Positions 8,858-17,500 of a stretch of 47,848 bases of DNA are shown in pieces. A program made the position numbers and the translations under genes. Position 1 is the stretch's first letter. The number at the start of each line of letters is the position of its first letter. The DNA is taken from NCBI GenBank assembly GCA_038231135.1, contig JBBRLX010000033.1, positions 1-47,848 of the forward strand, written 5' to 3'. Below the pieces are notes generated by a model. It saw nothing but the letters and a program-made list of their open reading frames with translations. It was not told where the DNA came from and did not search any database. The stretch comes from Candidatus Eiseniibacteriota bacterium. GTDB taxonomy: Bacteria > Eisenbacteria > RBG-16-71-46.

Positions 8858-9406
8858 TTAAGGCGTGGGCAGTTTCAGGAAACTGTACTGGAGACCCGCG
8901 GTGACGTTGCCCCACTTGCGGGACACGTCGCCGTCCACGGCCGCCGCCAACTCGCCGCGCAGATGCAGCGCCAGCCCGGTCGCCGGCAGACCGAAGCCGA
9001 GACCGAGGCCGAAGTTGTAGCCCGTCTGGGAAATGTCGCTCTCGCCGCTGCGCTTGAGCTTGAACGAACCGATGCCGGCGAACGGATAGAACTGCACCGG
9101 TCCGCCGAACGTGAGCAGCAGGTTCGCGCCGTAGTCCGTGACGTCGAGGCCGGACCGCGTGTACGAGCTGCCGAACAGGTCCTGCTTCACGTCGCCACCC
9201 TTGGTCGAGGCGAAGTACGGCTCGATCGTCAGCAGCGGCACCAGGTTCACGGGCACCCGCACGCCGTAGATCGAGCCGCGCCCGGTGTCGTCCTGGATGA
9301 CCGGGATGCTGGCGCCGCCAAAGACGCCGATGCCGATGCCACCGGCATGAGCCACGCCGGCGAGCGACAGGCACGCGAGCGCGAGGCAGATGGACAATCT
9401 CTTCAT
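8858..9406 (-). CDS. Outer-membrane beta-barrel protein (OmpA-like 8-stranded)
   Basis: Signal peptide ending AHA, FYPFAGIG motif, amphipathic strands, late GLQYSF; SD GGAGGAG. Confidence 0.8.
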   Translation of the reverse strand: MKRLSICLALACLSLAGVAHAGGIGIGVFGGASIPVIQDDTGRGSIYGVRVPVNLVPLLTIEPYFASTKGGDVKQDLFGSSYTRSGLDVTDYGANLLLTFGGPVQFYPFAGIGSFKLKRSGESDISQTGYNFGLGLGFGLPATGLALHLRGELAAAVDGDVSRKWGNVTAGLQYSFLKLPTP

Positions 9407-9579
9407 GGCTCTCCTCCACGAGAACCGACCACTCCCGTACGGGGAGCGATCGCGGTTTGGGGAAACGTTCAACGAGGTTGGCGCCCAAGTACGGCGGGCG
9501 CGGCCGGCCGCTGTCGCTGGATGATCGGCACCTTCAACACACAGCTTTACCCCTCGGCGGGTTTGTTCCCCCCGTCGGG

Positions 9580-10266
9580 CTACTGCACCACCCGTGCCGA
9601 GACGATCGTGGCGCCGCAGAACCGGGTTAGCAGGTCAGCGACATGTTCAAGGGAGGTGGAGAGGTGCTGTCCCGCACGCTCGATCGGGCAAAACAGCACC
9701 ACCACGAGCTGCCGGGTGTCGGGACCCACCAGGGTGCGGGTCGAATCGGAGGTGGGGGCGCCGAATGGTCCGTCGTCATCGGCGAGCAGCAATCGACCCG
9801 CGAGGTGCACCCGCTGTTTGCGGATGCCGGGATAGCCTTCGCCGTCGCGCCCCACCCGAACCTGGATCGTGCCGCGAACGGTCTCCCGGTCATAGAGCCC
9901 GAGCGGGATCTGATGTTCGAGAGAGCACAGGTTGCAGACGTCGACCGCGGCGTTCACCGCGGGCAACCCCTTGCCCTGCAGCACCCGCCGTAACAGCGCC
10001 TCGCTGCTCGGGCGGTGCTTGGTGGGGTCGATGTCGAGCTGATGGAACAGCCCGCGGGTCTCGGCAACGCCGGGGATGTCGGCGGGCTGCTTGCCGGAGT
10101 ACGAGGCGACGAGGCGCTCGATCACGCGATCGCGCTCGGCGGCGAATTCCGGGGGCAGGGCGCCGAGCTTCACGTCCTCGGCCTCGAGCATGCCGATCGA
10201 CAGCACGCCGCGGAGCGACTCCTCGACCGCCAGCTTGAGCCCGTGGGTATGCGACTGCAGCGACAT
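9580..10266 (-). CDS. Stand-alone B3/B4 domain protein (PheRS-beta editing domain-like)
   Basis: DPTKHRPSSEALLRRV, VNAAVDVCNLCS, PLGLYD and GPFGAPTSDS motifs. Confidence 0.85.
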   Translation of the reverse strand: MSLQSHTHGLKLAVEESLRGVLSIGMLEAEDVKLGALPPEFAAERDRVIERLVASYSGKQPADIPGVAETRGLFHQLDIDPTKHRPSSEALLRRVLQGKGLPAVNAAVDVCNLCSLEHQIPLGLYDRETVRGTIQVRVGRDGEGYPGIRKQRVHLAGRLLLADDDGPFGAPTSDSTRTLVGPDTRQLVVVLFCPIERAGQHLSTSLEHVADLLTRFCGATIVSARVVQ

Positions 10267-10745
10267 GATCACTCTCGAATGAGCGATGCGCGCGACTGCA
10301 CGCCGCTCGCCGAACCTTCCAGGCAGCACCTGCCGGATGGGCGGCGGGAAATCCTTTTCCAGCGAACCTGGACGATCCGAAAAGCGTCCAGTGTCACAAC
10401 CATATCCTATGTCTACGCCGCCCACCCATGCAGGTGCGTCGTGGGGGGTCCGCTACGCGCGCTTGTATGCGGTTCGCGGACGACTCGCCTGCGCTGAGCA
10501 GCGCCGACGAAAACTGTTCGTGCTTGGAGAGCGTCCGCGCGCAACATAGCGTGAGCGCCGTCCGACGCCAAGAAGTTTTCGACCACCGCAGCGGGATTTT
10601 CGCGAAGGAATTCGTGCCGGCCTCGGCATGCACGCGACGTGACAAACGTTTCGTGCCACGACACGCTTTGCACGACGAATGAATGTTCGATGGGGCGCAT
10701 TCGTGCGTGCGGAGAGCACGCGGCATCGCCGGTGTTCTGCGGCGC

Positions 10746-13454
10746 TTAGGCGGGCTCGGCCTGGGAATCGTACGTGGGCAGCTTCCGATCCACGGACACC
10801 ACGCGATAGTGCTTGCGCGCGGCGCCCTCGCCGAACTCGACGTCGTCGCCGATGCGATGGCCGAGCAGCGCGCGCCCCACGGGCGTCTGGAACGAGATCA
10901 CGTTATCGCCCAGATGCTGTTCGTCCTCGCCGAGGATCCAGTACGACGTGCGCTCGTTGCCGGCCTGCAGGCCGACTTCGGTGCCGACGCCCACCGTGCC
11001 TTCGCGATACTCGAGGTCGTCCACGAACTTCGCACGCGCCAGCCGCAACTGCATGGTGGCCGCGAGCTGGCTGGCATTCGCCTGTTTGAGCTTGGCGGCG
11101 TGGTATTCGGCGTTCTCCTTGAGATCGCCGAGCTCGCGGGCCTTCTGGATCGCCGCGGGAATCGTGGTGCGCAGCTCGCGCTCCATGCGCTCGAGCTCGA
11201 CACGCATGCGCTCGTAGGTGGCGCGTGTCATCACCGACAGCTCGGCGTCCTCGGCCACCTGGCCGACGCCGTCGAACATGCGCTCGGTCCGCGCCGCGCG
11301 CGCGGCGCGCACGGTCGCCGCCTCGTCGGCGAGGCCCAGCCGGTCGGTGGCCTCGAGTGCCGGGAACATGTAGCGGTCGCTGGAGCGCCAGCCGCGGAGC
11401 AGGATGCGAACCTTGAGCCGGAACTCCTCGGGGCACGGCCGGCCGATCAGCGCCGCGTCGAACGCGCCGCCCTCCTCGATCCAGCGCAGCACCTTGTCGG
11501 CCGTCGACGGCTTCGGGCGCTCTTCGATCAGCGCCAGCGCCGAGCAGAACAGCCGCCACGGCTCGGGGCCCTCGTCGAGCCGCGGCAACTCCTCGTCGAT
11601 CAGGCGCAGCGCGGCGCCGGGATAGCGTGTCGCGTGGGCGAGCAGCGTGCGGCGCATCTCCGAGCGGCCGCGGTCGTCGAGGTGCTCGCGCAACTGCTCG
11701 GCTTCGGTGCGGACCGAGGCGAAGCGCGAGTCGAGCGCCGACAGGATGGCGTCCGCGTCCTCGCCCGCTTCGTGCGACGCCTGCAGCAACAGCAACTGCT
11801 CGTCCTCGCCCGACAGGTCCGAGATCGCGAGACCCTGGTCCCACAGCACCTTGAGCACCCGGGTCCATTCCGCCATGCGCGCGGGGAACCAGCGCGCGAA
11901 GAACAATCCGGCGCGGCCCCGGTCCACGCGGTCGCCGTCGTCATCGAGCACCGCGCGCACCACGTACTTGCCGAACCGCTGCGCGAGCGCCGCGTCCGCG
12001 TGCGGATGCTGCGACAGGAACTTCCGCAGCGTGGCCAGGTTCTGCTTCACGGTCTTGCGCGGCGCGAGCGACGGCAGCGGGCCGGCGTCGGAACCGGCGA
12101 CCGACCCTTCGGGCGTGAGCCGGTAGGTCTGCTCGAACGCGCGCGAGGAATCGATGCGCGGGTCCTTGTCGGCGGCCGCGCGGACCTTGCGCCAGAACAC
12201 GTTCCAGTCCTTGGCGGGGACGATCGCCGAGCCCACCAGGAACACCTTGAATCGCTGCGCGTCGCCCGAGCCGCCAAGCGATCCAAGCGCGCGGACCATG
12301 ATGTCGACCGGCGAGTGCGTGCGCAGCCGCGCGAGCTCCTCGGGATTCAAGACCGCGAGCAGCCGCAGGTCGTCGTCGGGCAGTCCGGTCAGCGATCTCC
12401 GCGCCGCCGCGATCGGCATCTTGTGGGCCTTCGAGCGGGCGAAGTCGATCACGACCGTCTCGGCGTCGTTCGTGATCACACGGCCCGCACCAAACGAGGT
12501 GTGGTTCACGGCACTGCCCGGGGGCAGCGCGACGATCGCGTCGAACCGCTCGAGCGCCTCCAGCAGCGGCTGCGCGGAGTCGAGCACGCCCGACCGCTCG
12601 AACACCGGATCGGGCTGTGGCAGGTCGCGGCCGGGGCCCTGCCGCAGGCTGTCGGCGAGCATTGGGCGGAACCGGTCGGCCGACTCGGGCCCGTGCTTCT
12701 CGAGCGTCTTCACCGCCACCTTGCGCACCGCGTCGAGCACTTCGCCCGCCTGACTCGTGGCCGCGAGCGGCGGGAACGCGATCCCGAGCAGCTGCCACAG
12801 CTCCTTGTCGGCGCCCTGCTCGATCAGCAGCGGCAGCGTGCCGATGAGGCGGATCAGGCCTTCGTGCTCGTCGTGCTCGACGAATTCGAGCGCCGCCTCC
12901 TCGAGCCCGGGATAGCGCCGCTCCTGGGCGAAGCGCGGCATCAGCTCCGACAGCATCGCGCGCCGTTCGGCGCCGCGTCCCGCCTCACCCAGCCGGATCG
13001 CGAGCGTGAGGCCGACGTCGAGATCGTCGGGGATGACGAGCCAGGCGCGCTGCAGCGCGTCGATCCGCTCGGGATCGCGCTTGAGCGCCTCGTGGGCGGC
13101 CACCAGCAGATGCGCGCCGGCGCCGGACTCCTCGACCAGCAGTGCGCGGTCGGCTACGACCGCCAGCGCCTCCCACTGCTTCGCGGTGGCGAGCTTGTCG
13201 CCGAGTGCCAGCAGCGTCTGGTGGGCGCGTTCGGTTTCGCCGTGCAACCGGCACACCTGCGACAGCAGGAACTCGACGCCGGAGGATGCGCCACCCTGCC
13301 GCATGCGCGCCGCGCACTCGTCGCGCACCTGGGTTAGCTGCCGTTCATCCGCCGCCTGCTGCGCCAAAGCGTCGAGGCGCACGAATGCCTCGGGCGTGAG
13401 CGTGGCGGCTTCTTCACCGCGGAGGATGGACGAAAGGGTGTCTCGAATGGCCAT
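10746..13454 (-). CDS. greA: Long GreA/GreB-family transcript cleavage factor (about 900 aa, C-terminal GreA domain)
   Basis: C-terminal IQKARELGDLKENAEYHAAK and ISFQTPVGRALLG; ~740-aa N-terminal extension. Confidence 0.8.
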   Translation of the reverse strand: MAIRDTLSSILRGEEAATLTPEAFVRLDALAQQAADERQLTQVRDECAARMRQGGASSGVEFLLSQVCRLHGETERAHQTLLALGDKLATAKQWEALAVVADRALLVEESGAGAHLLVAAHEALKRDPERIDALQRAWLVIPDDLDVGLTLAIRLGEAGRGAERRAMLSELMPRFAQERRYPGLEEAALEFVEHDEHEGLIRLIGTLPLLIEQGADKELWQLLGIAFPPLAATSQAGEVLDAVRKVAVKTLEKHGPESADRFRPMLADSLRQGPGRDLPQPDPVFERSGVLDSAQPLLEALERFDAIVALPPGSAVNHTSFGAGRVITNDAETVVIDFARSKAHKMPIAAARRSLTGLPDDDLRLLAVLNPEELARLRTHSPVDIMVRALGSLGGSGDAQRFKVFLVGSAIVPAKDWNVFWRKVRAAADKDPRIDSSRAFEQTYRLTPEGSVAGSDAGPLPSLAPRKTVKQNLATLRKFLSQHPHADAALAQRFGKYVVRAVLDDDGDRVDRGRAGLFFARWFPARMAEWTRVLKVLWDQGLAISDLSGEDEQLLLLQASHEAGEDADAILSALDSRFASVRTEAEQLREHLDDRGRSEMRRTLLAHATRYPGAALRLIDEELPRLDEGPEPWRLFCSALALIEERPKPSTADKVLRWIEEGGAFDAALIGRPCPEEFRLKVRILLRGWRSSDRYMFPALEATDRLGLADEAATVRAARAARTERMFDGVGQVAEDAELSVMTRATYERMRVELERMERELRTTIPAAIQKARELGDLKENAEYHAAKLKQANASQLAATMQLRLARAKFVDDLEYREGTVGVGTEVGLQAGNERTSYWILGEDEQHLGDNVISFQTPVGRALLGHRIGDDVEFGEGAARKHYRVVSVDRKLPTYDSQAEPA

Positions 13455-13578
13455 TCGGTCGAAGTGATTCCTGATCTGGATAGGGTCGAACATAATGGCG
13501 CACGGAATCCCGTAAGCGCAAGCGGCCCCGCCCGGCCGGTCCTTGTGCCGTTCGATCGCCCGCCCCTACACTCGCCCG

Positions 13579-14124
13579 ATGAAGATCTACACGCGCACCG
13601 GGGACGACGGCACGACCGGCCTGCTCGGCCCCGGCCGGGTGCCGAAACACGCCCCGCGCGTGGAAGCCTACGGCACCGTGGACGAGCTGAACGCGGTGCT
13701 GGGGACCGTCCGGGCGCTGGACCCGGGCGGGGCATTCACCCAGGAACTGGCCACGTTCCAGACCGCCCTGTTCTCGATCGGAGCCGTGCTGGCGACGACG
13801 GCCCCCCAGCCGCGACTGCCGCGGGCGACCCCGGAGGACGTGGCGCAGCTCGAGTCGTGGATCGACCGGTTCGAGGGTGAACTGCCCGTGCTACGGAACT
13901 TCATCCAGCCCGCCGGCACGCCGCTGGCCGCCCAGTTCCACCTCGCGCGCACCGTGTGCCGCCGGGCCGAGCGCCGTGTGGTGGCGCTCGCGCAGCTCGA
14001 GCCCGTCGACGCGGAGGTGGTGAAGTACCTGAATCGGCTCGCGGATCTGCTGTTCGTGATGGCGCGGGTGGCGAACCGGCGCGCGGGCGTGGACGACGTC
14101 GAGTGGCGTCCGAGCTCGACCTGA
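13579..14124 (+). CDS. ATP:cob(I)alamin adenosyltransferase (PduO type)
   Basis: KIYTRTGDDGTT, YGTVDELN, ARTVCRRAER, YLNRLADLLF motifs. Confidence 0.93.
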   Translation: MKIYTRTGDDGTTGLLGPGRVPKHAPRVEAYGTVDELNAVLGTVRALDPGGAFTQELATFQTALFSIGAVLATTAPQPRLPRATPEDVAQLESWIDRFEGELPVLRNFIQPAGTPLAAQFHLARTVCRRAERRVVALAQLEPVDAEVVKYLNRLADLLFVMARVANRRAGVDDVEWRPSST

Positions 14125-14160
14125 TCGCGCGGCGCGGGTGGACGGTCCGGTCCAGGGGTC

Positions 14161-14190
14161 TGGACAAATGGCGGCGGCCGCCGCCATAAT
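14161..14190 (+). promoter_or_regulatory. Putative sigma70 promoter upstream of the rho leader
   Basis: TGGACA-N18-CATAAT. Confidence 0.6.
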
Positions 14191-14196
14191 GCGTAC

Positions 14197-14816
14197 GCAC
14201 ACCTGTTGGAGGAGACCCACTGCCGCGCATGCCGGATGGCATCGCAGCTGATCGCCGGGCTCCTCGTGAGTGGTTCCCCGCTCTAGCCGTAGCCGTCGCG
14301 CCCGCCCTTGTCACACCCCACCGGGCTCCGACGTGCGGGTGAAGCAGAAAACCGTCTCCGAGGGTTCGGGTGAGTTCGGCAACTCGTCGGTGGCAGCGAC
14401 GACGCCATCTCCGCATCGTAAGAGTTCGCCGGATCCATGGCGGATGCGAGGCGCGCGGCAGGCAGAAGGATCCGCTGGCGGTCCGCTGTTCCAGAAGCGT
14501 GACCGATGTGGTGAACAACAGCAGCGAGGCGGCGCCGGCCGGTAGGTTCGAGATTCGTGCCGGCGACACCTGGAGCGCCCCGTAACGCCAGCTGGGGTTG
14601 CGTCCGGCGCCCACCGGTCCTTGCAGCATGCGTCCATTCGTCGCCTTCCGGTTCCAGGCGGCAAGCGGGTGCACCGACCAACGTTCCACGCTCCCCTCGA
14701 GCGTATGAACGAGAAACACAACACGCTCCGTGCGCCATACGAGCGCGCGCCGCGCCGCGACTGCGGCCGGAAGCGCGCACCCGCCCGGAGCGGAAACCCC
14801 GGAGTCCACCATCAAC
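14197..14816 (+). ncRNA. Candidate large structured RNA / 5' leader of rho-like gene
   Basis: About 620 nt with no credible ORF, and a chain of helices with G-U wobbles on the + strand (see findings). Confidence 0.5.
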
Positions 14817-16007
14817 ATGAGACCTCGCCGCCGCCGACCGCGCGGCCCGCGCCCCCCGCAATCGGCGGGCGGCACACCCGAACCAGGAGCCTCGGTGCAG
14901 CCATCGCAGCAGCAGCAGGGACGCCGCCGACGACGACGACCGCGGGGCGTGAACCGCCCCATCAACAACGACGCGCCGCAGCCCTATTCCGACAACCGCA
15001 CCGGCGCGGCACCGCAGCCGCCGCGATCGCAGAACGGCCCGCCCGCGCAGCAGCGCCGCCGCCGCCCAACCCGCGGACGCCCGGCCAATGACCGGCGCCG
15101 CGGCCTCGAAATCCTTAAGGACATGCAGCAGATCGGCGCGGCGCTCGATCCCACCGAACGGCTGATCCTCGAGTTGCCGCCGGGCGAGGGCGACCCGCCC
15201 TACGGCGACCGCACCACCGGCCGGGCGATCGACATGATCGCGCCGATCGGACGCGGCCAGCGCTGCCTGATCGTGTCGCCGCCCAAGGCGGGCAAGACGC
15301 GGATTCTGCAGTGCATCGCGGCGTCGATCGCGCACAACCATCCCGAAGTCGGCATCTACGCGCTGCTGGTGGACGAACGGCCCGAGGAAGTCACCGACTT
15401 CAAGCGCAACACCCCGGCCGAGGTGATCGCGGCCTCGAGCGACATGACGATTGCGGAGCACATCGAGACCTCGGAGTACGCGATGGAAGTCGTGGCGACG
15501 CAGGTGCTCGAGGGCAAGGACGTGGTGCTGCTGCTCGACTCGATCACGCGCCTTGCCCGGGCCTACAACGCGAACTCCGACGGCGGCGGCCGCACGATGT
15601 CCGGCGGCCTCGACTCGAACGCGATGCAGTCGCCGCGCATGATCTTCGGCGCCGCGCGCAAGATCGAAGGCGGCGGCTCGCTGACGATCGTCGGCACCGC
15701 GCTCGTCGACACCGGCTCGCGGATGGACCAGGTGATCTTCGAGGAGTTCAAGGGCACCGGAAACATGGAGCTGGTGCTGTCGCGCGAGCTCGCGGAGCGC
15801 CGGATCTATCCCGCGATCGACATCCCGAAGAGCGGGACGCGCAAGGAGGAGAAGCTGTATCCGCCCGAGATCGTGAACCGCATGCACCTGCTGCGCCGCG
15901 GCCTCGCGGGACTCCAGCCCCAGGACGCGATGACGAAGCTGCTCGAGCTCCTGAACAAGCGCAAGACCAACGAGGAGATCTTCCAGCTGCTGAAGGTGAA
16001 CGAGTAG
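14817..16007 (+). CDS. rho: Transcription termination factor Rho homologue lacking the canonical RNA-binding domain
   Basis: [53 protein letters not shown] and SGTRKEE are all present. The N-terminus is an Arg/Pro/Gln-rich tail. Start chosen at ATG 14817 after GGAG at 14801. Confidence 0.9.
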   Translation: MRPRRRRPRGPRPPQSAGGTPEPGASVQPSQQQQGRRRRRRPRGVNRPINNDAPQPYSDNRTGAAPQPPRSQNGPPAQQRRRRPTRGRPANDRRRGLEILKDMQQIGAALDPTERLILELPPGEGDPPYGDRTTGRAIDMIAPIGRGQRCLIVSPPKAGKTRILQCIAASIAHNHPEVGIYALLVDERPEEVTDFKRNTPAEVIAASSDMTIAEHIETSEYAMEVVATQVLEGKDVVLLLDSITRLARAYNANSDGGGRTMSGGLDSNAMQSPRMIFGAARKIEGGGSLTIVGTALVDTGSRMDQVIFEEFKGTGNMELVLSRELAERRIYPAIDIPKSGTRKEEKLYPPEIVNRMHLLRRGLAGLQPQDAMTKLLELLNKRKTNEEIFQLLKVNE

Positions 16008-16016
16008 CGGGCGGAA

Positions 16017-16580
16017 CTACGCGCTGACCCGCTCCACGAATTCGCCGGTGCGGGTGTCGATCTTCACGCGGTTTCCGACTTCGATGTAGGGCGGCACCTT
16101 GATTTCGTGGCCGGTCTCGAGGATCGCGGGCTTGTTCGTGTTCTGCACCGCGGCGCCCTTGATATTGGGCGTCGTGTCCTTCACCTCGAGCTCCACGAAC
16201 ATCGGCACTTCGACGCCCACCACCCGGCCGTCGAAGTAGTCGGCCTCCATCATCATGCCCTCGGTGAGGTAGTTCACGGCGTCGCCCAGCACGTCCGATC
16301 CCAGCTCGACCATCTCGTACGACTCGGTGTTCATGAAGTGGAACTGGTCGCCGGCGCGGTAGCTGTACTGGAGCGAGTGCTGCTCCATGTTCGCCTTCTC
16401 GACCTTGTCCTCGGACGAGTACCGATGCTCGGAGTTGGCGCCGTTCTCGATGTTCACGAGCTTCACCTGGACGAAGCCGCGCAGGTTGCCGGGGGTGCGA
16501 TGGATCGCGGTGGACACGCGATGCGGCTTGCCGTTGTGCATGATGATCATGCCGACTTTGACCTGGGTGGCAGCAATCAT
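16017..16580 (-). CDS. efp: Elongation factor P (PGNLR loop variant)
   Basis: Three-domain EF-P motifs FHFMNTESYE, KPAILETG, VPPYIEVG, IDTRTGEFVER; SD GAGGAG. Confidence 0.95.
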   Translation of the reverse strand: MIAATQVKVGMIIMHNGKPHRVSTAIHRTPGNLRGFVQVKLVNIENGANSEHRYSSEDKVEKANMEQHSLQYSYRAGDQFHFMNTESYEMVELGSDVLGDAVNYLTEGMMMEADYFDGRVVGVEVPMFVELEVKDTTPNIKGAAVQNTNKPAILETGHEIKVPPYIEVGNRVKIDTRTGEFVERVSA

Positions 16581-16831
16581 GAAACGGACTCCTCGGCCTG
16601 CGGTTCGCGGGCGCCGGAGCCAAGGCTCCATCGCGCCCGAAGCTGGCGTCTCGGGTGGTCGAACGAGGGTCGCACGGCCACGCTCGGGCCTCCCTCCAGA
16701 CGAATGCGGCCGGTGAGTGTGCCCGAAGTCCCGGGAAACAAGCAAATGCCGGGGGGGCGTGATATGGGTATGGGGCGTTCAGCGGCGGCAGTGACTGCCC
16801 AACCCCGATTGGGCATACCCGGGAGGGTTCC

Positions 16832-17482
16832 ATGGCGGTTCAGAAAGTCGGAGTGATCGGTTCCGGGCAGGTGGGCGGGACCCTCGCCGACGGATTCATC
16901 AAGCACGGGTACCAGACCATGCGCGGCTCCCGCGAGCCGGCGAAGCTCGCCGACTGGGCGAGGGGGCACGGCGACAAGGGCCGGACGGGCACACTCGCGG
17001 ACACCGTGCGCGATGCCGACCTGGTGGTGCTGGCCGTCAAGGGTCTCGGCGCCGAGGACATCGTGAAGAGTCTGGGTACGGCCCTCGACGGGAGGATCGT
17101 GATCGACACCTCGAACCCGATTGCCGACGCGCCGCCGGTGAACGGCGTGCTCCAGTACTTCACGAACATCAACGAATCGCTGATGGAGCGGCTCCAGAAG
17201 CTGGCACCCAAGGCGCGGTTCGTGAAGGCGTTCTCGTGCGTGGGCCACGCGCTGATGGTGAACCCCGACCTGCCGGGCGGGCCGGCGACGATGTTCATCT
17301 GCGGCTCCGACGCCGCGGCCAAGGCGGACGTGAAGCGGATCCTCGATCAGTTCGGCTGGGCCACCGAGGACCTCGGTGCGGTCGAAGCGGCGCGGGCAAT
17401 CGAGCCGCTGTGCATCCTGTGGTGCATCCCGGGATTTCTGCAGAATCGCTGGACGCATGCGCTGAAGATGGTGAATCGGTAG
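16832..17482 (+). CDS. NADPH-dependent F420 reductase-like dinucleotide-binding protein
   Basis: GVIGSGQVG Rossmann motif, VIDTSNP, VKAF, ICGSD, ARAIEP. Confidence 0.85.
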   Translation: MAVQKVGVIGSGQVGGTLADGFIKHGYQTMRGSREPAKLADWARGHGDKGRTGTLADTVRDADLVVLAVKGLGAEDIVKSLGTALDGRIVIDTSNPIADAPPVNGVLQYFTNINESLMERLQKLAPKARFVKAFSCVGHALMVNPDLPGGPATMFICGSDAAAKADVKRILDQFGWATEDLGAVEAARAIEPLCILWCIPGFLQNRWTHALKMVNR

Positions 17483-17500
17483 GACCGCGGAGGACATGTC

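Noticed and set aside
10600..10660. GGCACG motifs on the minus strand as sigma54 promoters
   Set aside because: No GC at the required GG-N10-GC spacing.
10683..13337. Very long antisense/alternate-frame ORFs (e.g. 10683..13337, 18231..21341, 37984..40593, 5022..7439, 25550..27622)
   Set aside because: Shadow ORFs expected from high-GC codon bias opposite well-supported genes; no recognisable motifs.
14197..14700. Cobalamin riboswitch, RNase P RNA or tmRNA as the identity of the rho leader
   Set aside because: No B12-box/GGGAA core, no GAGGAAAGUCC, no tRNA-like ends. It also lies downstream of the adenosyltransferase gene.
14229..14816. uORF MPDGIAADRRAPREWFPAL and a possible frameshifted Rho RNA-binding domain
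   Set aside because: The SD is too far from the ATG. No GFGFLR/DIYVS-like sequence was found in the + frames.
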